Positions 31,540 to 39,804 of a stretch of DNA of 64,000 bases are shown here, piece after piece (the first letter of the stretch is position 1; every line of letters starts with the position of its first letter). This DNA is from an uncultured Gammaproteobacteria bacterium (GTDB taxonomy: Bacteria; Pseudomonadota; Gammaproteobacteria; JAIEPX01): assembly GCA_963725255.1 (NCBI GenBank), contig CAVRXV010000008.1, positions 50,159 to 114,158 on the forward strand, in the 5' to 3' direction. The notes beneath the pieces were generated by a model that made no database searches, was not told the DNA's origin, and saw nothing but the letters and a program-made list of their open reading frames with translations. The position numbers and the translations under genes are program-made.

Positions 31540-32250
31540 CTAAACTTTGATGCAATGCACAAGATAGTTAACGTCGGTGCTGGAAGTGGTCGAATATTCG
31601 CGGGTAATGGGGTTGTAGGTAATGCCGACGGTTTGCTGCCATTGGAGGTCAGCTTTGCGGCACCAGGCGGCGAGTTCGCTGGGTTTGATGAATTTGGTGT
31701 AGTCGTGAGTTTGTTTGGGCAGTAGACCTAGGAGGTATTCGGCGCCAACCACAGCGAATAAATAGGCTTTGAGGTTGCGGTTGATGGTGGAGAAGAAGAG
31801 GTGCGCACCGGGTTTTGCAAGTGCCGCACACGCTTGTACAATCGCTCCAGGATCAGGGACATGTTCGAGCATTTCTAAACAGGTGACAATGTCATATTTG
31901 GCTGGATGCTTTTGAGCATAAGCTTCCGCAGTTGATTCTATGTAGTTGATTTTTAAGTTATTATTTTCAGCGTGTTCGCGAGCAATCATTAAGCTATCGG
32001 GAGCAAGATCAAGACCTGTAACATGAGCACCTGATTGAGCAAGGGCTTCGCACAAAATACCGCCCCCACATCCAATATCAATGATTTCTTTATCCCTCAA
32101 TTGAGTATGTTCTTGGATGAATTTTAAGCGCAGTGGGTTGATGGCGTGTAGTGGAGCAAACTCTCCGTTTAGGTCCCACCAGGTCTGTGCAATGGAGTTA
32201 AATTTAGCAATTTCATCGGGATCGCTATTGGGCGCGACTTTTGCATTCAT
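31540..32250 (-). CDS. ubiG: Ubiquinone biosynthesis O-methyltransferase
   Basis: Start moved to MNAKV. IAKFNSIAQTWWDLNGEFAPLHAINPLRLKFI matches the UbiG N-terminus. SAM motif DIGCGGGIL. Confidence 0.85.
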   Translation of the reverse strand: MNAKVAPNSDPDEIAKFNSIAQTWWDLNGEFAPLHAINPLRLKFIQEHTQLRDKEIIDIGCGGGILCEALAQSGAHVTGLDLAPDSLMIAREHAENNNLKINYIESTAEAYAQKHPAKYDIVTCLEMLEHVPDPGAIVQACAALAKPGAHLFFSTINRNLKAYLFAVVGAEYLLGLLPKQTHDYTKFIKPSELAAWCRKADLQWQQTVGITYNPITREYSTTSSTDVNYLVHCIKV

Positions 32251-32257
32251 TAACAGC

Positions 32258-32695
32258 TTAGCCTTCTTCGAGTCGGAAACTATTAGCAGCGTAAACGGTT
32301 TGCACGTTCTTGATTTCATCAAGCAATGTATTGAATAGCGCCTTTATCTTTATGTTATTAAAGGGTATTTTTTTGTTTTCGTTGGTCTTCAGGTGCTTTT
32401 CTAAATTTTGAACTGCGAGTTTGAGTCTTGGGACTCCGCAATAGCAGGTTGCTCCGTGTAATCGATGCGCCTGGTCTTTTAATTTTTGATAGTCTTCATC
32501 GGCAAGAGATTTTTTCATGTTTTTTAGTACAGAAGGTAAATCCGCAATGAACAGAGTCATTAAATCGTTAGCGATTTCAGAGTTGTTATTGGCCAATATA
32601 AGGCATTGTTGCCAATCGATAGCATCTTGATTTTTTACAGTTTCGTTCATTGGTCCTCCTTCTATATCATACCTACTTGTGGGCTCTAGGGGCAT
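32258..32695 (-). CDS. Stand-alone Hpt (histidine phosphotransfer) domain protein
   Basis: The HRLHGA(T/S) phospho-acceptor histidine helix is present. 145 aa. Confidence 0.5.
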   Translation of the reverse strand: MPLEPTSRYDIEGGPMNETVKNQDAIDWQQCLILANNNSEIANDLMTLFIADLPSVLKNMKKSLADEDYQKLKDQAHRLHGATCYCGVPRLKLAVQNLEKHLKTNENKKIPFNNIKIKALFNTLLDEIKNVQTVYAANSFRLEEG

Positions 32696-32897
32696 TTTTC
32701 AAGTAAATCTGCTTTTCAAATCGTCAGAGGATTCATTCCTCAGACAGGTAAGTCTATACCATAAATGAGATATTGCAAGTTGTCTGCAGAAAATTATTAT
32801 GGTTTACACTGAATTGAGGTCATGTTATTACCCTTTAATCATGGAAAATCATAATAAATTTATCTTTTTTTGAATGATATTTGTTGTTTGATGAAGT

Positions 32898-33797
32898 TTA
32901 TGACGGATTTGGAATTTTGCAGGAAGGATGTACTGTCTGATAATTGGTTTCTGGCTGAAGGGTTATATGGTGAATATCGTATTTTCGGGCTAGCAAAGTT
33001 TTTAATTCGGGTAATAGGCTTTCCCAAATTGAGAAAGATTCGAGCTCAATATGGGCAGTTAGCACGATGCGACCCGATGAAAGTGTCCAAATATGGAGGT
33101 CATGCACTTTGGTCACTTTTGGGAGTTCAGAGAGGGTTCTTACAACTTCTGATATATCGATGTGTCCAGGTACTCCCTCCATTAGGACGACGATGGATTC
33201 GCGTATTAGGCTGATACTCGATATCAGGATTAATACGGAAATAAAAATGGATAGAATAGGGTCGATGGGGGACCAATGGGTATAGTAAATCACTACACCA
33301 GTGATCATTGCAGCGATTGAACCGAGTAAGTCACTGAGTACATGCAGAATGGCGGCTCGAACGTTAAGGTTGCGATCTGAGCGGGACAAAATCAAGGCGA
33401 TTAGTGAGTTGGTAAGAATGCCCGCAGCGCCGATCCAAATGACGACAATGGCATTGACGCTTTCCGGAGATCGTAGTCGATAAATGGCCTCTATAATGAC
33501 CGCAATGGCAATACCGAGCACGGAAAGGCTGCTGATCCAAGCCCCAATGACTTCCGCTCGGCCTAATCCGTAGGTGTGGGTATCAGTGGCAGGTTTAGTG
33601 GCAATCCAGGCTGCAAATGCGCCCAATCCTAAGGCAAGGGAATCGCCGGCCATATGTCCGGCATCACTGATAAGAGCCAGTGAATTGGCGTAGTAGCCAC
33701 TGATAAATTCAATGAATGCAAAGAGTAGCGTCATTCCCATGCCAATTAATAAAACTACAATTGAACTATTGGAGTGGTGATGATGACCTTCATGCAT
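32898..33797 (-). CDS. Cation diffusion facilitator (CzcD/ZitB-like) metal efflux transporter
   Basis: His-rich N-terminus (HEGHHHHS), 6 TM segments, and the CDF signature HxxxD in TM2 and TM5. Confidence 0.8.
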   Translation of the reverse strand: MHEGHHHHSNSSIVVLLIGMGMTLLFAFIEFISGYYANSLALISDAGHMAGDSLALGLGAFAAWIATKPATDTHTYGLGRAEVIGAWISSLSVLGIAIAVIIEAIYRLRSPESVNAIVVIWIGAAGILTNSLIALILSRSDRNLNVRAAILHVLSDLLGSIAAMITGVVIYYTHWSPIDPILSIFISVLILISSISLIRESIVVLMEGVPGHIDISEVVRTLSELPKVTKVHDLHIWTLSSGRIVLTAHIELESFSIWESLLPELKTLLARKYDIHHITLQPETNYQTVHPSCKIPNPS

Positions 33798-33815
33798 TTT
33801 GCAGAATCCTCACAG

Positions 33816-34832
33816 CTAAAATAAAGGTTTCACAATGCCACATTTTTCGAGAATGTAATCGGCACTGTGTTTAATAGCATCACTGATTTTTTCTGACAAG
33901 TGCTTTTTCTTTTGAATATCGATTTGGAAGACATTGAACTCTTTTGCTGCTTTACCTAAATAATCGTCGCTTGTGGAAAGTGTGTCGATGAGATTGATTT
34001 CTTTTGCATCGATACCATACCAAATTTCACCTGTAGCCACTTTATCGATATCGACGTTAGATCGATGACGTGAAACAAAAAGTTTGAATAGTTGATGGGT
34101 ATTTTCAACATCTTCACGGCACTTTTCTCGGCCTTTATTTGTGTTTTCTGCAAAATAAGTGAGAGTGCGTTTATATTCTCCAGCGGTAATTTGTTCATAG
34201 TCGATATCATGTTTTTTAAGAAAGCGGTGGAAATTGGGGGCTTGTGTGACAACACCGATAGAGCCGAGGATTGCGAAAGGTGCAGCAATAATTTGGTTTG
34301 CTACGCACGCCATCATGTAACCACCACTGGCAGCAACTTTATCGATGCATGCAGTCAGAGGAATTCCTGCATCACGGATGCGTTGTAATTGTGAGGCTGC
34401 AAAACCATAACTATGGACCATTCCACCACCGCTTTCGATACAAACGACAACTTCGTCATTATTGTTTGCTGTTGTTAAAATAGCAGTAATCATTTCACGC
34501 AATTCTTTTGTTGCAGACGCTTTAATATCACCGTCAAAATGCATAACAAAAAATCGTTTGCGATTTTGAATCTCGTCATCGGATTGGAATTTTTTTAATT
34601 CTTGCTTTTGGTTTTTTTTGTAAGCTTTCAGTGATTTTTTGTTGAGAACTTTTTCATTCAAGGTATCCGCATAAGCTTGTATGCGTTTGTTATACCGTTT
34701 GATTTTTAACCGTTGAAAAGCGTCTTTGTCGCGAGTCGTGAGAGCTGCAATCACAAGCGCAATGATGACGATAGCAAGGACCATCGTAATTGACTTGGCA
34801 AGAAATAAGCCATATTCGTACATAAAATCCAT
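33816..34832 (-). CDS. sohB: SohB-type S49 family membrane-anchored peptidase
   Basis: N-terminal TM segment and S49 (ClpP/crotonase-like) core with a conserved Ser/Lys region. 338 aa. Confidence 0.7.
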   Translation of the reverse strand: MDFMYEYGLFLAKSITMVLAIVIIALVIAALTTRDKDAFQRLKIKRYNKRIQAYADTLNEKVLNKKSLKAYKKNQKQELKKFQSDDEIQNRKRFFVMHFDGDIKASATKELREMITAILTTANNNDEVVVCIESGGGMVHSYGFAASQLQRIRDAGIPLTACIDKVAASGGYMMACVANQIIAAPFAILGSIGVVTQAPNFHRFLKKHDIDYEQITAGEYKRTLTYFAENTNKGREKCREDVENTHQLFKLFVSRHRSNVDIDKVATGEIWYGIDAKEINLIDTLSTSDDYLGKAAKEFNVFQIDIQKKKHLSEKISDAIKHSADYILEKCGIVKPLF

Positions 34833-34848
34833 AAACTATTCTCCAGTT

Positions 34849-35880
34849 TTAATCTGCACCGATTTTCAATCTTTCCCAGTAGTGCTCATAAATGCGGTTT
34901 GCAGTACCAAGGTCTCGTTGAAATTTACCGCGCTTAAGCACTTGTGGCGAAGGACTTATAATGGGATTGTGACGTATATTTTCGGGTAATGAAAGATTAG
35001 CCGTTTTATTGGGAGTGGCGTAGCCAATTCTAGGGGGTATTTGGCTAATAATTTCAGGTCGCAGAAGAAAATTGATAAACTGATGTGCCTCATTAACATG
35101 TTGAGCGTTGGCCGGTATGACTAAACAATCAAGACTGATTTGAAAACCTTCCTGAGGATAAATAAATATTATATGGGGATTTTCGCGGCTTGCGAGAAAG
35201 ATGTCACCACCCCACGCAAATCCGATGGTAATATCTTCGTCTATAAACATATTAGCAACAGCGGAGCTGTTGAATACTCGAATATTAGGCATCAAATCGA
35301 TGAGAGTACGGTACGCTTCTTTGATGGTATCAGGATTCACTGTATTAATATCATCACCTTGCTTGAGCAAAGCCGATGTGAAGGTATCGCGTAAATCGTC
35401 TAGTGCGAGCAATTGATTGTGGTATTTGGGCTTCCATAAATCTGCGATTTTTGTAATGTCTTTAGGGTTATGGTAGAGAGTATTTATCGCAATGCCCGTA
35501 GATGACCACAAATAGGGGACAGAGTAATTATTTTCAGGATCGTAATCTTTGTTGAGGAAAAAAGGATCGAGATGATGCCAATTGGTCAAAACCGTTTTAT
35601 CAATACGGTGCAATAAACCTTCTTGTCTCATTCTATCGACCATGTAACTACTGGGCGTGATGATGTCATAGTCACCGTGTTTGCTGTGTTTTATTTTGGT
35701 ATACAAAGTTTCATTATTGTCGAATTCGGCGTAGTTGACGGTGATTCCGGATTCTTTTTCAAATTGTTTGATAAGATGAGCTGGTAAAAAATCCGACCAA
35801 TTGTACACGTTCAACACTTTAGACTCTGCGTGAACAACCGTGCAAAATATTAAGGAAAATATCAGAAAAAACCACTTCAT
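34849..35880 (-). CDS. potD: Spermidine/putrescine ABC transporter periplasmic binding protein
   Basis: Signal peptide and PotD-like blocks. Last gene of the potABCD operon. Confidence 0.8.
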   Translation of the reverse strand: MKWFFLIFSLIFCTVVHAESKVLNVYNWSDFLPAHLIKQFEKESGITVNYAEFDNNETLYTKIKHSKHGDYDIITPSSYMVDRMRQEGLLHRIDKTVLTNWHHLDPFFLNKDYDPENNYSVPYLWSSTGIAINTLYHNPKDITKIADLWKPKYHNQLLALDDLRDTFTSALLKQGDDINTVNPDTIKEAYRTLIDLMPNIRVFNSSAVANMFIDEDITIGFAWGGDIFLASRENPHIIFIYPQEGFQISLDCLVIPANAQHVNEAHQFINFLLRPEIISQIPPRIGYATPNKTANLSLPENIRHNPIISPSPQVLKRGKFQRDLGTANRIYEHYWERLKIGAD

Positions 35881-35890
35881 CGTTCTTCTC

Positions 35891-36661
35891 CTAAATCGAT
35901 TTTTTACGCATGAATGAGTGGGCCGTCAAAATTAAGATTAATGTGATGGCCAGTATAATTGTGCAAAGCGCATTTAATTCAGGGCTAGCACCTAAACGAG
36001 CCATCGAATAAATTTTTAATGGTAAGATTTGAAAGTTTGGACTCGAAACGAAAAAACTGATCATGACATCATCCAGAGATAACGTAAAACTGATGAGCCA
36101 GCCTGCTAAAATTGCAGGTAGTAAAAGGGGTAATAAAATTCGATGTAATATTGTGCTATCGCTAGCGCCTAAATCTTTTGCGGCTTCAACAAGTTCTGAA
36201 TCTAAATTTTTAATGCGACTTAATACCATAACAGTAACAAAGGGCATGCAAAAACTTGTGTGTGCCAAAAAGATAGACCAAAAACCGAGTGGAAAATTGA
36301 AAAAATTGTATAACATCAATAGTGCAACCGCTAATACGATATCAGGAACAAGAATTAAAAAGAAAATTAAACCGTGCATGGTTGTTCGACCTATAAATCG
36401 ATAGCGATGTAAACCAATTGCCGTTAAAGTGCCTAATATTGAGGCTAAAGTGGCGGATAAAACTCCAACAACTAAAGAGTGCCATGTCACTCTGAGTAAA
36501 TCGGTGTCTTGAAGTAATTCCTGATACCATTTTAGTGTGAAGCTATGCCATAGTAGTGACCGCAATGTATCGTTAAAAGAAAAAACAAGAATCACAATAA
36601 TGGGAACGTACAAAAAAGCATACACAAGAGTCTGATAGCTGTATTTAATAACGCGGATCAT
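35891..36661 (-). CDS. potC: Spermidine/putrescine ABC transporter permease
   Basis: 6-TM permease with EAA-like motif (AAKDLGAS). Confidence 0.8.
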   Translation of the reverse strand: MIRVIKYSYQTLVYAFLYVPIIVILVFSFNDTLRSLLWHSFTLKWYQELLQDTDLLRVTWHSLVVGVLSATLASILGTLTAIGLHRYRFIGRTTMHGLIFFLILVPDIVLAVALLMLYNFFNFPLGFWSIFLAHTSFCMPFVTVMVLSRIKNLDSELVEAAKDLGASDSTILHRILLPLLLPAILAGWLISFTLSLDDVMISFFVSSPNFQILPLKIYSMARLGASPELNALCTIILAITLILILTAHSFMRKKSI

Positions 36662-37509
36662 AGTAATTCTGTCCTATCGCTATCAGGATTACGTTGCCAA
36701 TACCAATGGGCGAGAAGCAGCATGAAAATAATTAAAAGAACGCTGCTCGTAGCGCCAAGCGGCCAATTATTGGCTGATAAAAATTGTTCCTGAATCAGAT
36801 TTCCGAGCAACATACTTTTTGCACCACCCAATAAATTGGGGATATAAAATAAAGTCATCGCAGGTAAAAAAACCATCATGGAGCCCGCTAAAATACCTGG
36901 CATTGTGATAGGAATTAAAATTTTCCGTAAGACAGTTAAACGGCTAGCGCCTAAATCACGGGCAGCATCGATGAGCGTCAAATCCATCTTTTCCATGTTG
37001 GCGTATAATGGAAGTAGCATAAATGGCAGTAATGTGTACGTTAACCCTATAAAAAGCGCCACATTTGTGTAGAGTAATTGTAAGGGTTGATGAATAATAC
37101 CCAGTGAAATTAAAGCCGAATTAAAAATGCCTTTGGTTTTTAGTATTGTCATGATGGCATAGGTGCGAATCAGAGAACTTGTCCAAAAAGGGATAATGAC
37201 GAGAAGCAGCAAGAAAGAACGATAACGAATATTTGAGTGCGAGATACCGTAAGCAAATGGATAGCTAACAATGAGACAGAGTAGAGTGCAACTTCCAGCA
37301 ATGAGTAGAGACCGTAAAAATATTTTTAAATAGGCGACATCTACCATTTCGGCGTAGTTTTCTAATGTAAAATGAGCTGTGATATTTTGAGCCGCATTCA
37401 TTTCTAAAAAACTGGTGATGATAACCATCAATGTCGGGACTAGAGCGAAAATGAGGAGCCATGACCATGCAATACTGAGTGTAAAGAAACGAAACTGGCG
37501 ATCATTCAT
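36658..37509 (-). CDS. potB: Spermidine/putrescine ABC transporter permease
   Basis: 6-TM permease with EAA motif (AARDLGAS). Overlaps potA and potC. Confidence 0.8.
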   Translation of the reverse strand: MNDRQFRFFTLSIAWSWLLIFALVPTLMVIITSFLEMNAAQNITAHFTLENYAEMVDVAYLKIFLRSLLIAGSCTLLCLIVSYPFAYGISHSNIRYRSFLLLLVIIPFWTSSLIRTYAIMTILKTKGIFNSALISLGIIHQPLQLLYTNVALFIGLTYTLLPFMLLPLYANMEKMDLTLIDAARDLGASRLTVLRKILIPITMPGILAGSMMVFLPAMTLFYIPNLLGGAKSMLLGNLIQEQFLSANNWPLGATSSVLLIIFMLLLAHWYWQRNPDSDRTELL

Positions 37510-38593
37510 GAGGTATTGTGACCTCCCAACCGAGAGTCCATTCTACCCACACTTTTTCGCCTACATCATAGTATAAATTGGGGTCATCTTCGTTGAAAAA
37601 TTCAGTGGCAGCAAGTCTGAAACCACTAGGGAGTTGCACCATTAAGTCAACTGTGCTGCCTTTGTAAATCACTTCTTCGATCACACCAGGCAACATTTCA
37701 GTGGAGTCTGTGATTTCCCCTTGATTCCACACATTAATATCTTCAGGACGAATAATTACGCTGATTAAATCGCCGACGCGGTGATTTTTTGTATTTTGCA
37801 ACGTAAATAAATTATTTTCGATACTGACGGTGATGGCTCTTTCGCTGGCTTCTTCAACGAGAGTATTAAAAATATTGGCTTCACCAATAAATTGCGCTGA
37901 AAATAATGTTTTAGGTTCTTCGTACACTTTTCGAGCGGTATCCACTTGTTCGATTTGCCCGTTATTGATAATCGCAATTCGATCGGACATTGATAAGGCT
38001 TCTTCTTGATCGTGCGTAATAAAAAGAAAAGTAATGCCTAATTCTCTTTGTAAATGTTTAAGTTCGAGTCGCATAGTTTTACGAAGACTGTAATCTAAAG
38101 CGCTGAGTGGTTCATCAAGCAACAACAATTCTGGACGATTGATAACGGCACGGGCGATGGCGACACGTTGTTGTTGTCCGCCACTGAGATTGGCTGGCTT
38201 ACGATGCGAAAATGTTGAGAGACGTACCATGGCAAGTGCATCTTCCACTCGTTTTGTCACTTCATTTTCATCAATATTTTTACAGCGCAGTCCAAATGCC
38301 ACATTGTCAAAAACATTCATATGTGGAAATAAAGCATAATTTTGAAAGACCATATTAATAGGTCTTTTTTCAGGCGGTAGATTGGTAATTTCAGTACCGT
38401 TTAAGAGGATGTGGCCTGTATCGGGTGTAACAAAGCCTGCTAAAATTCGAAGCAAAGTCGTCTTACCGCATCCTGAAGGGCCGAGCAGCGTTAAAAATTC
38501 ACCGTTTTCAACGGTCAAGTCGATGTCCGTTAATGTTTGGTGATCGCCAAATGCTTTGCAAATACCGCGTAATTGGACGAGTGGTGCAGTCAT
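37502..38593 (-). CDS. potA: Spermidine/putrescine ABC transporter ATPase
   Basis: Walker A (GPSGCGKTT), ABC signature (LSGGQQQRVAIARA), Walker B, and a C-terminal TOBE-like domain. Confidence 0.88.
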   Translation of the reverse strand: MTAPLVQLRGICKAFGDHQTLTDIDLTVENGEFLTLLGPSGCGKTTLLRILAGFVTPDTGHILLNGTEITNLPPEKRPINMVFQNYALFPHMNVFDNVAFGLRCKNIDENEVTKRVEDALAMVRLSTFSHRKPANLSGGQQQRVAIARAVINRPELLLLDEPLSALDYSLRKTMRLELKHLQRELGITFLFITHDQEEALSMSDRIAIINNGQIEQVDTARKVYEEPKTLFSAQFIGEANIFNTLVEEASERAITVSIENNLFTLQNTKNHRVGDLISVIIRPEDINVWNQGEITDSTEMLPGVIEEVIYKGSTVDLMVQLPSGFRLAATEFFNEDDPNLYYDVGEKVWVEWTLGWEVTIPHE

Positions 38594-38749
38594 GTTACCT
38601 CCATGATGTCCATCAATGGAAAGGGCGAATGATCTATGATCTGTCTGCTAAGGTCAACTAAAAAAAGTTAAAGAGGAAGGGGGCAGACTTGACCCCTTAA
38701 CTTTCAATGGCATAGACTGATAGAAGGATATCAGTTTAAGGATGAAAGT

Positions 38750-39804
38750 ATGGGCATTTCAAATTCAAATACTGCAAATCAACGCGATAGTTGGCTGGCG
38801 GAAAAACGATCAGCGTATTTGTATCGAAAATTAGCGGAGAATACTAGTGGTCATGAGAAAGTCTTGTTTAATCAACTTGCCAATGAAGCGGATGAACAAG
38901 CCGAAATTTGGGCCAAAACGATTTTATCGGCAGGTGATCGAATACCCTTTAGTTTTGTCAATTGGATGTTCGGACACGCTTAGTCGCCTTTTTAGTTCGA
39001 TGGTTTTCACCCAGTCAATTGGCGTCGGTATTGGCGAGTATGAAAATTCGTGGGATGTCATTGTATTTTGCTCCTTCAGAAGAGAAACATCCAATTCCGC
39101 AATCAATAGAAGAAGTTGGTGCTCGTCATAAATTAAGTCATGCTAATAATCTACGAGCGGCGGTTTTTGGTGTGAATGATGGATTGGTTTCTAATGCGAG
39201 TTTGATTTTAGGAATGATGGGGGCGCACAGCCTACCTGCGACCGTGATACTTGCAGGAACAGCAGGATTATTGGCGGGCGCATTTTCTATGGCCGCGGGT
39301 GAATTTGTGTCAGTTCGATCTCAACGAGAATTATTTGAATATCAAATTGAATTAGAACGTGAAGAATTAGAAATGTATCCTGAAGCTGAAACAGCTGAGT
39401 TAGCACTGATTTATCAAGCACGCGGATTAGATAAAGATCACGCAGAAAAATTAGCGAAAGCCTTAATGGAAAATCCCATGCATGCATTAGATACTTTAGC
39501 GCGAGATGAATTAGGAATTAATCCTAATGACTTGGTTTCTCCGTGGGGTGCAGCCATTTCGTCATTTTTGTCTTTTATTTTCGGTGCTTTTTTGCCGATG
39601 ATTCCGTATTTGATATCCAAGCATACGCATCATTTACTGAGCGTTATTTTGATAACAGCGTTTGCGTTATTTGCTATAGGATTATCTATTAGTTTATTTA
39701 CGGGTCGTAATGCGTGGAAGGGTGGAGTACGTATGTTATTAATTGGACTATGCGCAGGTGCGGTGACGTATTTGATTGGTCATAGTTTAAGTGTGATTTT
39801 GTAG
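38750..39804 (+). pseudogene. Ferritin-like/VIT1-CCC1 family (MbfA-like) iron transporter, frameshifted (ORFs 38750-38983 and 38962-39804)
   Basis: The N-terminal ferritin-like helix pair is in one frame. The VIT domain starts at FGVNDGLVSN in another frame. A third overlapping ORF, 38847-39131, bridges the two. Confidence 0.5.

Noticed and set aside
31525-31831. ORFs 31525-31725 (+) and 31649-31831 (-) overlapping ubiG
   Set aside because: They are internal or antisense to a well-supported ubiG frame.
38847-39131. 94-aa ORF treated as a separate gene
   Set aside because: It is a third-frame bridge between the two halves of the frameshifted ferritin-like/VIT gene.
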